Both the position numbers and the translations under genes were made by a program. From positions 744,001 to 808,000 of the forward strand of contig JABVCE010000010.1 in NCBI GenBank assembly GCA_014905635.1: 64,000 nt of DNA, given 5' to 3'. Position 1 is the stretch's first letter. Each line of letters begins with the position of its first letter. Below are positions 53,773-64,000 of the stretch, piece after piece. Below the pieces are notes generated by a model that saw only the letters and a program-made list of their open reading frames with translations, had not been told where the DNA came from and made no database searches. The stretch comes from Scenedesmus sp. PABB004. Taxonomy: Eukaryota.

Positions 53773-55064
53773 TCACAGCGGCCCGCCGCGTGGCAGGAGC
53801 GCGACCGCCTCCTCCGCGCGCCGTCGCAGCACCAGCTCCACCTCGACCGGCCCGCCGCCGCCGCCGCCGCCACCGCCGACGGGCAGAGAGTCGGGCGGCA
53901 CCTTGCCGGCGGGCCCCGCGGGCCCCGCCGCCGCGACCAGCTGCGCCAGGCCCTGCGTGAGCGCCTTGGCCGCGTCGGCGCCGAGGTGGCGCGACAGCAG
54001 AGCGAGCGCCGCCCGCTGCGTGCTGGGGTGCGCGCCTGCGCGCGCGGGCAGCGGCGGCGCGCGGGGATGAGCGGGGGCGACGCGCCGCGCGGCGCCGCGC
54101 CGCCGCGCGCCCCGGCTGCGCGCGCGGCGCGGCGCCGAGTTCCCACCTCGCCGCACCGCCTCGCCAACGCCCCAGCCGAGCAGCAGCTGCAGGAACAGCA
54201 GCAGCCGCGGCAGCAGGTCGGGCGGCACGCCCTCGGCCGCGCCCGCGTCCGCCTGCGCCGCGTGCTGCAGGCATCGCGTGAGCAACATGTCGAGGCCGCC
54301 CGTGGTCACAAACACCGCCTGCGCCTCCTCGCTGCCCTGCGCGCGGCGGCGGACGCGGCGGCGGCGGCAGCGGCGGCGGGCGTTGCAGTGCAGGCGCGCG
54401 CTGCGCGCCGCGCCGCGCCGCGCAGCCGCACCTGCAGCAGCGCGAGCAGCGTCTGCAGCGCGTGCGGCAGGCACGCGGGCGCCTCGCACGCGCGCGCGGT
54501 CAGGAGCTGGAGGTACTGCGCTGAGCGCAGCAGGCCGCGCGACTTGGCGTGCAGCAGCACCAGCACCTGCATCGCCCGGAACGCCTCCAGCAGCTCCTCG
54601 CTGCTCGCGGCCGCGGGCGCGTGGCCTGCGGGGTAGCGCCCGACCGCCGCCAGCAGGCACGCGGCCTGCTCGCGCCCCAGCAGCGCGCCGCCGCCGCCGC
54701 CGGGCGCACCGCCGCCGCCGCCGGCGCCGCCGGGCGCGGGCTCGGCCAGCGGCGGCAGCTCCGGCAGCGGCGGCGTGGGCGGGATGAGGTCTCGGTCGAG
54801 CGCGGAGAGAATGACCTCGAGCACTGCAGCGGGTCGGCGGGCGGGCACGGGTCGGCGGGCGGGCGCGGCGGCGTGCGTGAGTGCGCGCGTGCGGTGGACT
54901 GTGCGTGCGGCGGGGCGCCTCCTCGCCCTCCCCGCGGCGCACCCTGGCTGTACGTCGCGTCGAGCGCCGCCGCGAGCGCCGGCCCGTCGGCCATGCCCGC
55001 CGACAGCGCGCCCGCCACGCCGCGCAGGCCCACCGCTCGAAGCCAGCTGAAGGGGTGGCTCGCT

Positions 55065-55107
<43 letters not shown>

Positions 55108-55328
55108 GTGTGGCGTGGCGCAGGGGGCACGCCACGCCGCGCGCGCTGCCGCTGCGCGCCGCTGCGCGCCACTGCGCGCCACTGCGCGCTGCTGCGGCGC
55201 GCACCTTGCCGGCAGCCCGCCAGCAGCGCGTGCGTGAGCTGCTGCGCGTGCTGCCGCCGCTCTATGTCGTCCACGCCCACCGACGCCGCGGCAGCGGCCT
55301 GCGCCGCGGAGAGCTGGTAGAGCCGCAT
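53773..55328 (-). CDS. Hypothetical alpha-helical (ARM-like) protein, about 5 exons
   Basis: MRLYQLSAAQ...; EAFRAMQVLVLLHAKSR; LQTLLALLQ|GSEEAQAVFVTTGGLDMLL; consistent GT/AG junctions. Confidence 0.6.
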
Positions 55329-55763
55329 CGCGGCGCGCCGCTGCTTGCGCCTGCCCTCACGCCCGCGCGGCGCCCGCCTCGCCGCGCCGTGCCGCGCGGC
55401 GTGCTTGCGGAGGTGCAGGTCAAGAGGTGCTAGAGGGGCGCGGATCGGGCTGGCAGGGACGCGGGGGCAAGGGCGGGTGCTGTGCGCGCGGCGCGCCGCG
55501 GGCGGTTGCGGCGCCGTGTGCGGTGCTGGGAGCTGGGCGGCTGGTGGGAGTGGACGTGCAAGCCTGGAGTGGACAAGCGATGTGGGAAGAGCGCTGGCGG
55601 GTCCCCGTGCAGGCGGCGGCGCAGCCACCCGCAAGTTTCCCCGTGCAGGCGGCGGCGCAGCCACCCGCAAGACCGCCGCTGCTCGCTGCAGCGGTGAGCA
55701 GCGGCGCCCGCCAGGAACGGGCCCCCAGTTCGGGAAACCACGCCAGCGTCGTCACCGCGAACC

Positions 55764-58700
55764 ATGGCGCTCCAGCGGCGCGCCCTGGGCCGCGCGGGCG
55801 CCGCGTCCCGGCCTGGCACGGCGCGCCGGGCGCTGCTGCGGGCGTCGCTCCTGCAGGAGCACGGCGGAGGCATGACCGCCATTCGTCCCAGCGCCAACGG
55901 CGCCGCGCCCGGGCAGCGCAGGGCCTGCTGTGGCCCGCTGCTGCCTCGCCCGGCTGCAGCTGCTGCTGCCCGCCTGGCCGTGCGGCCGCGGGCGGCCGCC
56001 GCGCCCGCCTCCTACGCCCCACCCAAGGCGGAGCGCCTGGTGATGGACGTGGCGGGCCAGCAGGTGCGGCGGCGGCCCGCGCGCGCCGGCGCGGGCGCGG
56101 CAGCGGCAGCGGCAGCGACTGCCGCGGCGGCCGGCCCGCGCGCCGCGCGCCCACGGGCGCCCCGCCGCGCCAGGTCGTGCTGGAGACGGGAGAGATCGGC
56201 CGCCAGGCCAACGGCGCGGTGATGGCGAGCATGGGCGAGACGGTGCGGAGCGGGCGCCGCCGCCGCCGCTGCACACGGCGGCCGTGCTGCTGCGGCGGCG
56301 CCCCTCGCTGCCGCCGACCAGCCACCGCCGCGGCTCAGATGCTCTACGCGACGGCGTGCTGCGGCAACAGCCCGCAGGGCGACGGCAGCTTCCTGCCGCT
56401 GTCGGTGCACTACCAGGAGCGCTTCAGCGCGGCCGGCCGGACGAGGTGCGGCGCGCCGCACGCGGCGTGCCGAGCGCCGGCCACCTGGCGCGCGGCGCGG
56501 CCGGCAGGCCCCGGCGGCGGGCGGCGGGTGGCGGGCGTGCGCGAGCCCACCCCGCTCCGCCCCGCCCCGCGCCGCGCCGCCGCGCCCCGCCGCACGCGGC
56601 GCAGCGGCTCGTTCCTGAAGCGCGAGGGCCGGCCGCGCGACGACGACGTGCTCGTCGCGCGCCTGGTGGACCGGCCGCTGCGGCCCATGTTTGAGAAGGG
56701 CTGGTGCAACGAGACGCAGGCGCGCGGCGCGGGGGACCGGGGCCGGGGCGGGGGCGGGCCGGCGCGCCGCGGCGGCGGTCCTCTTCCGACACCGCGTGCG
56801 TGCGCGCGCGCGCAGGTGCTGGAGTGGGTGCTGTCGTACGACGGCGTGAACCAGCCGGAGCCGCTCGCGATCACCGCTGCCGCGGCCGCGCTGCTCATCT
56901 CGGGTGCGCCGCGCGGCGGCGCGCCCGCGCGCCGGCATTGATATCCGACGCCCGCGCGGCCGCCGCACGCCCTGCTCACGCCCTGCTCACGCCCCCCCCC
57001 CCCCCCCGTGTGGTCGCTGGCGCAGACATCCCGCTGGGCAAGGCGGTCGCGGGCGTGCGCGTGGGGCGCCTGCCGGGGCAGGGCTGGGTGATCAACCCCA
57101 GCGCGGCGCAGATGGCGGCGAGCAGCCTCGACCTGGTCATGGCTGGCACGGCGGACGCGGTGCTCATGATTGAGGGCTTCTGCGACTGGCTGAGCGAGGA
57201 GGAGATGCTGCAGGTGCGGGCGGCGCCGCGAGTGAACGAGCGAGGCAGCGGCGGCGGCGCCGCGAGCCGATGGCGGCAGCGGCGGCATCGCGGGCGCGGG
57301 CGCGGGCGCGAGCGCCCGCTGCTGCTGACGCCGCCGCAGGCGGTCGCGGCGGGGCACGAGGCGATCGCGGGCATGTGCCGCCAGCTCACCGAGTGGGCGG
57401 GCCGCGTGGGCAAGGCGAAGCGCCCGGAGCGCCTGCTCCCGCCCGCGGGGCTGCACGAGGCGCTGGAGGGCCTCGCGGCGGCGCGCGTCGAGGCGGCGTA
57501 TCGGTGCGGGCAGGCGGCACGCCGGCGCTGGCGCCGGCGCCGGCCGCGCCGCGCCCACGCGCCCGCCGGCCAGCCCGGGTGCCGGCGAGCGCCGCCCGCG
57601 CCGCCCGCGCCGCCGCCAGGACCCCCGGCACCAAGGAGGAGCGCGCGGCGGCGATTTCCGCGATCCAGGCGTCCGCGTTTGAGGCGCTGCGCACGCAGGA
57701 GCCGCACGCGAGCAGCCTGCCGGGCCTGGACGACATCACGGTGGGCGCCGGCCGCTGGCGGCGGGGCGCACCACGCTGGCGCCTGGCCGCGGCGGCGCGC
57801 GGCGCCCAGCGCTGCGCGGGCCCCGACGCGTCCCCGCGCGCCCGCGCGCGCGCGCCCCGCAGCTGAACGTGGCGTGGAAGGCGGTGGAGGGCCGCGTGAT
57901 GCGGCAGCTGGTGCTGCGCGAGGGCGTGCGCGCCGACGGGCGCGGCGTGGCGGACGTGCGGCCGATCGTGTCGCGCGCGGGCGTGCTGCCGCGCACGCAC
58001 GGCAGCGCGCTTTTCACGCGCGGCGAGACGCAGGTCCGCTGGGCGGGCGCGCACCGGGCCGGCCCCGTGCACCGCGCCGCGCCGCGCTGCGCTGGGCGTG
58101 GTCGTGGTCGTCGGGGGCCGACGCGCCGCCGCCGCCGCCGCGACCGCCGCGCCGCAGGCGCTGTGCGTGGCGACGCTGGGCAGCGACAGCGACGCGCAGC
58201 GCATCGACAGCATACGCGGCGACGGGAGCGAGTCGGCCGACGAGGACGGCGCGCCGCCCGCGAGCAGCCCGGTGCGCGCTCTTGCCGTGCGCCGCCCCAC
58301 CCCCTCTCGCCGCGCCGCCGCCGCGCCGCCGCCGCCTCTGCCGGGCTGCGCCCCTCCCCCCTGCGGCCTTGGCCGCCACGCCCGCCCCACCACCCGCCGC
58401 CGCCGCCTGTACACTCAACACACACTCAACACACACTCACAACACACTCAACACACACTCACAACACTCACTTGCACCGCCCACAGTCGGGCATGGCGCT
58501 GGAGCGGTTCTACCTCCAGTACTTCTTCCCGCCCTGCAGCGTCGGGGAGACGGGACGCATCGGCGGCGCGGGTGCGCGGCGCGCGCGCGGCGCGCGGCGC
58601 GGCGCGGCGGCGCAGCGCGACGGGGGGCGCGGAGCCGCCGCCGCCGCGAGCAGCGGCCGCCGGCGCGGCCCGCGCCCCAAACGCAACGCCCGCGCGCGCC

Positions 58701-60793
58701 CCGCACGCGCCGCGCCGCGCCGCCCGCGCAGGCCGGCGCGAGCTGGGGCACGGCGAGCTCGCGCAGCGCGCGCTCGCGCCCGCGGTGCCGCCGCAGGCCG
58801 CGTTCCCCTACACCGTGCGCGTGGAGAGCACCATCACTGAGAGCAACGGCAGCAGCAGCATGGCCAGCGTGTGCGGCGGCTGCCTCGCGATGCTCGACGC
58901 GGGTGCGGCCCGCCCCGCCGCCCCGCCCCGCCGCCGCGCCTCGCCCTGCACACTCCTCCGCGCCCCCTCTCGCGCTCTCCCACACGCCCTCCCGCGCCGC
59001 CCTCACGCTGCCCTCCCACGCGCCCTCCCTCGCCGCCCGCCGCCCGCTGCCCGCCGCCGCCGCCCGCCGTGCGCCGCGCGCCCCGCTGGCGCCAGGCGTG
59101 CCGCTGACCGAGCCGGTCGCGGGCATCGCCATGGGCCTCATCCTCGAGCCCGACGGGCGGCACGTGGTGCTCAGTGACATCCAGGGCAGCGAGGACGCGC
59201 TGGGAGACATGGACTTCAAGGTGCGGCGGTGTGGGGGTGTCACAAACAGCAACCAACCACAAGGGCTTAGGGTTTAGGTTTTAGGGTCGGTTTAGGGTTG
59301 GCCGGGCGGGGGCGCGTGGCGTGGCGCGCGAGTGCGTCGCTGCGCCGCGCCGAGCGCCGCCGCCGCCGCGCCGCCGCCGCGCCGCCGGCCGGCCGGCGGC
59401 CAGGTCGCGGGCAGCGCGCGCGGCGTGAGCGCGTTCCAGATGGACATCAAGGTCGAGGGCATCACACTCGACATCATGCGCGCGGTGAGGCCACGCGGCG
59501 CGGCGCGGCGCGGCACATGCCGCGCGGCAGACGAGGCGCTGCCGTCGCCGCCGTGCGCGCACCGCCCGAGCGCCGCCGCCGCGCGCCGCCGCGGCCCGGC
59601 CGCCGCAGGCTCTCGCGCAGGCGGCGGCGGGGCGCGTGCACATCCTGGAGCAGATGGCCGCGTGCAGCCCGCCGCCGGCGCGCGGGCTCAGCCGCTGGGC
59701 GCCCAAGGTCGCGCTCGTGACCGTCCCGCAAGACAAGCTCGGCGCCCTCATAGGCCCGGTGCGGCGCGGCGGGGTGCCCGCGCTGCTACGAGCGCGCCCG
59801 GCGCGCCGCGCGGCGGGCCGCGTGGGCGCACCCCGTGCCGGCCGGCGCCGGCCGCCGATGCACCATCGCTCACCGCCGCGCACCGCACCGCCGCGCCGAA
59901 GGGCGGCAAGACCATCAAGGGCATCACCGCCGCGTCGGGGGCGAGCGACATCGTCATCAACAACAGCGGCTCCGTGCAGGCGCGCCGCGCCGCCGCCGCC
60001 GCCGCCACCGCCGCCCCCCGCCCGCGCCCCGCGCCGGCGGCTGCCGCGCCGCGCCGCGCCGCCGACCCCGCGCGCCGTCACCCCCTCGCCCACGCGCCGC
60101 GCCCGTGCCGCGCAGATCATCGCGCCGAGCGAGGCGGCGCTCGCGGTAGCGCGGGAGCTGATCGCGCTGCAGACGGACGAGCTGCCCGTGGGCACCATCC
60201 TGCGCGGGCGCCGCGTGGAGGGCGTGACGCTGTTCGGCCTCTTTGTCGAGCTCGCGCCCGGCAAGACCGGCCTGGTGCACCTCAGCGAGCTCGCCGAGGA
60301 GGGCGCGCTCACAGAGGTGCCGCCCGAGTGGAAGGTGCGCGCGCCGCAGCGCCGCGGCGTGCCCACGCCGCGGCGCGGGGCGCCGACGCGCCCCGGCCCG
60401 CCCTGGCGCCTGCGCCTGCAGGCGGGGTCTGAGATTGACGTGATGTTCCTGGGCACCACCTCGGACGGCAAGACGCGGCTCAGCCACAAGGGCGTGCTGC
60501 TCACCGATGCGGGCAAGCCGTACGCCTGGACGGGGCCGGCCGCGGGCGGCGGCCGCGGCGGCGGGCGCGGCGGCGGCGGCGAGCGCGGCGGCCGCGGCGG
60601 GGGGGAGCGCGGCGAGCGCGGCGGCGAGCGCGGCGGCGGTGGGGGCGGGTGGTACTCGGGTCCGGCCGGCGACGACGTGGCGCAGCCGCGCACGCCGCGC
60701 GGCGCGGGCGAGGGCGGCAGCTTTCGCGGCGGCCGCGGCGGCGGCCGGGGCGGCGGCCGGGGCCGCGGGCGCAGCGCCGAGGCGGTGCTGTGA
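55764..60793 (+). CDS. PNP1: Polyribonucleotide nucleotidyltransferase (PNPase), probably chloroplast
   Basis: [105 protein letters not shown] ([11 protein letters not shown]) and S1 ([18 protein letters not shown]) domains; RGG tail. Confidence 0.97.
58411..58470. repeat. ACACACTCA-type microsatellite in a PNPase intron
   Basis: acactcaacacacactcaacacacactcacaacacactcaacacacactcacaacactca. Confidence 0.9.
59266..59299 (+). repeat. Short interstitial telomere-like repeat tract (T2-4AGGG)
   Basis: cttaggg-tttagg-ttttaggg-tcgg-tttaggg-tt inside PNPase intron 59221-59403. Confidence 0.8.
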
Positions 60794-60891
60794 GGCGGCA
60801 GGGGCACGCGTGTCGCGCGGGCGCGTTCCGAGGCGCGTGCCGCGGCGGCGGCGGTGCAACTTGGCTTTTGCCTCCTCAACGCGCCCCCCGC

Positions 60892-63800
60892 TCACTGCTC
60901 GCTGTCCTCCTTGCTGTCCGAGCCCGTGCCCGCGTCCGCCTCGCACAGCTCCCACAGCCCCGCCCACTCTTCGCCGTCGGCCTCGCTCTCCTCGCTCTCC
61001 CTCAGCGCCGCCACAGCCGGCAGGCACAGCAGCGGCACAAGGTCGGCCGCGGGCCAGCCGCAACGGCCCAGCCCGGCGTCAACAAGGGCGCGTGCGTCGG
61101 TCGCCGCCAGCCCCCCCAGCGGCAGCGCCACGCACAGCGAGTTGAGCACGCCGTGGTTGCCGCGTGCAAGCGTGGCGAAAAGCAGCTGCATCACGTGCTC
61201 GCGCGTCAGCGCTGCGGCGCCCGGCAGCGCGCACAGCAGCGCGGCCGCAAGCTCGCCGCCCAGCTCCACCGCGCGCAGCAGGGCCTCGAAGACGTGGGGC
61301 CCACCGAGCGCCTGCACGCAGCGCAGCCTGCACACGCTGCGCAGGATGCGGCCGTGCGGGTCGCGCGGCATGCCGCCCTGGCACGCGTGATGCATCTCAA
61401 CGGCCTCGATCAGCAGCCTGCAGGCGTCCCAACAGCCATCCCCCGCAAACACACCCAGCCGGCACAGCTGCTGGCACAGCCGCACGCTGCGGAGCTTGAT
61501 TGCTGCACTCAGCAGGGAGGTTGCCCCGCCCGCCGTCAGCGCGTGCACACCCGGCAGCGCTGCGGCATCCGCCGGCGGCGGCGTGCTGGCGGCGCCGCCG
61601 CTGCCGGCGGGCGCCAGGCCGAGCTCCGCCTGCACCAACTGCAGCAGGGCGTTGAGCGTGAACGCGCTCAGGCCGCTGTCGTCGCCGAGGGCGCCCCAGA
61701 AAAGCTTGGCGTGCGTCAGGGCACTCGCCAGGCCCCCGCCCGTGGCCGCCAGCGCCGTGCCGCTGGCCGCCGCCAGCTCGTGCAGCCGGCTGACGTTGAG
61801 GCCGCCAGCCGCCGCTGCGTCGCGCACGCAGCTCAGGCCCCCAGCGCCGATGGCGGACGCGGCGGGCGCGGTGCACAGCCGGTCGAACGTGGCCTGCTGC
61901 CGAAGCCCCGCCGCCAGGTGCAGCGCTGGCTCCAGGTCCTCCGGCTCCAGGCCGCCGAAGCCTCGCTCCAGCGCGCCGCAGACAAGCCCGGCGCACTCGG
62001 CGCTGCCGCCGCAGACTGCGGCCGCCAGCATGCTCTGGCCGAGCTCCGGCTCGTCAACACTCTCGAGCGCGTCGGCCAGCACGCGCAGCGCCTTGGGCCG
62101 GGCGAGGTGCGCCGCGCACTCCATGGCGGTACACAGGACATACGAGTCGGGCTGCAGCTCCGCCACCAGGCGCGCCAGCAGCTTGGGCTGCCCCGTGCGC
62201 ACCGCCGCCTCGAGCACTTCGCCGCACACCCAGCCCACGGGCTCCTCCAGCTCCCGCCCGATGTGTGCGAGCTGCCAGAGCGGCGCGCTCGCACCGCCCA
62301 GCGCGCCGTGGCCGCGGCGGCGCAGCGACACGGCCGTGCGGAGTAGCTCGGCGACCCCCTCGCTCTCGAGGGCGTCGGCGCACGGCAGGCCGGCGCACAG
62401 CGCGCCCAGCACGGCACCGTCGCCGCGCAGCAGGGCCTCCTGCAGCAGTCCGAAGACGTCCTCCCCAGCCATCGTGCACACGAGCGGCAGCCGCAGCACC
62501 GCTTTCAGGCAGGCGAGCACCGCCGCCGGCTGCCGACAGCGGGGGCCAGGCACGCACAGCCACGCCGCCGACAGCACCAGCGGGGTGAGATCGCAGGCCG
62601 GCAGCTGCCGCACGCACGGCAGGCTCGTCAGCGCCTGCAGCGTGCCGTGGGCGTGGCCGTCCAGCGCGGCCGCCACGAGGGTGCTTGCTGCTGCCGCCGG
62701 CAGCTGCGCCAGTGCCGGCGCCCGGACGCGCAGGCGGACAAGCACGGCTGCCAGCACCGAGTCGGCCGCAGACAGCACCGCCTCGCCGCGCAGGCCCCGG
62801 CACGCGGCGAGGTGCGCGCGCAGCGCCGCCTCCGCGACCGCGCCCGCCTGCTCCGTGCTGAGCTGGCTGGCCGCGCAGTCGAGGAGAACATCGACGCCCC
62901 GCCAGTCGCAGTCGCGCGCGGCCGCCTCGAGCAGCGCGGCGAGCGTGCTGGGCGGCAGCCCGGCAGCCGCCTCGGGCGGCCAGCGCCGCAGCGGATCGAC
63001 CAGCGCCCAGTGCTTGCGCACCGCCGCGGCCACCAGCACCTGCTCCAGCAGGGCGGCGCTGCGCGCCTCCTGCAGCGCCGGCAGCTGCTTGCGCAGCCGC
63101 TCGGCAAACGCGCGCGACAGCTGCCAGGCCGCGTCGCCTGGCGCGCGCTGCAGGCGCTGCAGCAGCGCCAGCGCCGCGTCGGGCTGCGCGCAGTTGGCCG
63201 CCAGGAGCAGCAGGTCGCCCAGCCGCGCCGGCGACACGTCCAGCAGCAGCGGGAGGTGCCTGCTCTCAACCTGCGGCGGGCGGACGCAGCAGCGCGCACG
63301 GCAGGTGAGCCCGCGCTGCCTGCGCTGCGTACGCTGCCTGGGACCACTCAGCAGACCCGCCCACACACCCAGCCCACCCACCAGCTCGAGCGTGCCGCAG
63401 GCGCAGGCCTCCTCCAGGGCGAGCGGGTCGTCGTCGTCGCCGCCGCCGCTGCCCTCGCCGCCGCCAACCTCCAGCCGCACGGCGCGGCGCTGCTGCAGCC
63501 AGACCTCCAGCCCCCTGACGCGCTCGCGTGCCGCGGCTGCCAGGTCCTCCGCGCGCAGCACCAGGCCGCCGCGCAGCAGCGCGGCCGCGGCAGCCGCGGG
63601 CGCGCCCGGCACGCGCAGCGCCGCTGCGGCGAGCGCCGGCGACGCCAGCGCGCGCGCCGGCGCCGCGCCGACCAGCCAGACGAAGGCTCCTGCCCACGCT
63701 GCTGCGTCGGGCGCGCCGGCGGCCGCCGCGGCGCTCGCGCTGGCCAGCGCCGCAGGCAGCAGCGCCGGCGCAGCGCCGCGCGCGCACGCGGCCGCGACGC

Positions 63801-63927
63801 GAGCCAGGGCGCGGCTGGTGCTCGCGAGGCGCGCCAGGGCGAGCGCGTCCAGGTCGAGCAGGCCCACCGCGGCCTCGCACGCCCGCAGCTGTCCGTCGCA
63901 GCAGCGGCGCCGCTGCCTCGCCGCCAT
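60892..63927 (-). CDS. Large Ala/Leu-rich helical-repeat protein with an F-box-like N-terminus; one probable intron (63271-63381)
   Basis: 3-kb ORF with recurring units such as LC..LP.A..L....V..LL..A (LCAGLPCADALESEGVAELLRTAV; LCALPGAAALTREHVMQLLFATL). N-terminal LLDLDALALARLASTSRAL is F-box-like. Confidence 0.75.
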   Translation of the reverse strand: MAARQRRRCCDGQLRACEAAVGLLDLDALALARLASTSRALARVAAACARGAAPALLPAALASASAAAAAGAPDAAAWAGAFVWLVGAAPARALASPALAAAALRVPGAPAAAAAALLRGGLVLRAEDLAAAARERVRGLEVWLQQRRAVRLEVGGGEGSGGGDDDDPLALEEACACGTLELVGGLGVWAGLLSGPRQRTQRRQRGLTCRARCCVRPPQVESRHLPLLLDVSPARLGDLLLLAANCAQPDAALALLQRLQRAPGDAAWQLSRAFAERLRKQLPALQEARSAALLEQVLVAAAVRKHWALVDPLRRWPPEAAAGLPPSTLAALLEAAARDCDWRGVDVLLDCAASQLSTEQAGAVAEAALRAHLAACRGLRGEAVLSAADSVLAAVLVRLRVRAPALAQLPAAAASTLVAAALDGHAHGTLQALTSLPCVRQLPACDLTPLVLSAAWLCVPGPRCRQPAAVLACLKAVLRLPLVCTMAGEDVFGLLQEALLRGDGAVLGALCAGLPCADALESEGVAELLRTAVSLRRRGHGALGGASAPLWQLAHIGRELEEPVGWVCGEVLEAAVRTGQPKLLARLVAELQPDSYVLCTAMECAAHLARPKALRVLADALESVDEPELGQSMLAAAVCGGSAECAGLVCGALERGFGGLEPEDLEPALHLAAGLRQQATFDRLCTAPAASAIGAGGLSCVRDAAAAGGLNVSRLHELAAASGTALAATGGGLASALTHAKLFWGALGDDSGLSAFTLNALLQLVQAELGLAPAGSGGAASTPPPADAAALPGVHALTAGGATSLLSAAIKLRSVRLCQQLCRLGVFAGDGCWDACRLLIEAVEMHHACQGGMPRDPHGRILRSVCRLRCVQALGGPHVFEALLRAVELGGELAAALLCALPGAAALTREHVMQLLFATLARGNHGVLNSLCVALPLGGLAATDARALVDAGLGRCGWPAADLVPLLCLPAVAALRESEESEADGEEWAGLWELCEADAGTGSDSKEDSEQ

Positions 63928-64000
63928 CGGAGCAGCCGCCGGCGGCCCAGAGCGCAGGGCGCCTGGCGGGGGCCACGCCTCGGCGTCGGGGCCGGCCGGG

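Noticed and set aside
16082..60793. Functional cluster of organelle genes (COX14, CP12, rps13, MOC1, PNP1)
   Set aside because: The genes are dispersed among unrelated genes and belong to different pathways, and their density is unremarkable for an algal genome.

Overview
Extremely GC-rich, intron-dense eukaryotic nuclear DNA from a chlorophyte green alga. The evidence is CP12, MOC1, a plastid-type PNPase, GTGCG-type donors, and a helical-repeat gene of a type I associate with Sphaeropleales/Scenedesmaceae (taxon is inference). Most long ORFs in the six-frame track are artefacts of GC content, so the gene models were built by hand across introns. About 24 genes: a partial unknown gene, SnRK1 alpha, a TMEM185-like RING protein, an atypical U2AF65-like RRM protein, NUDT15-like Nudix, a PDZ-like membrane protein, COX14-like, a pfkB kinase, CFAP91, a GT4-like glycosyltransferase, an expansin-like protein, RWDD3-like, CP12, an alpha/beta hydrolase, Rab23-like, a SWIM-RING protein, uS13, CFAP206, MOC1, RAV1/DMXL, PNPase and several hypothetical genes. 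The most notable observations are: (1) 13 well-supported GC-AG introns with an AG|GCRCG consensus, plus G-rich 5'/C-rich 3' intron polarity and a U2AF65 paralog lacking RS and UHM domains; (2) a ~730-bp direct repeat of the CP12 upstream region that brackets the RWDD3-like gene; (3) telomere-like repeats inside a PNPase intron; (4) divergent ciliary genes; (5) many small frameshifts that are most probably long-read assembly errors. No RNA genes, CRISPR arrays or intact transposons were recognised.
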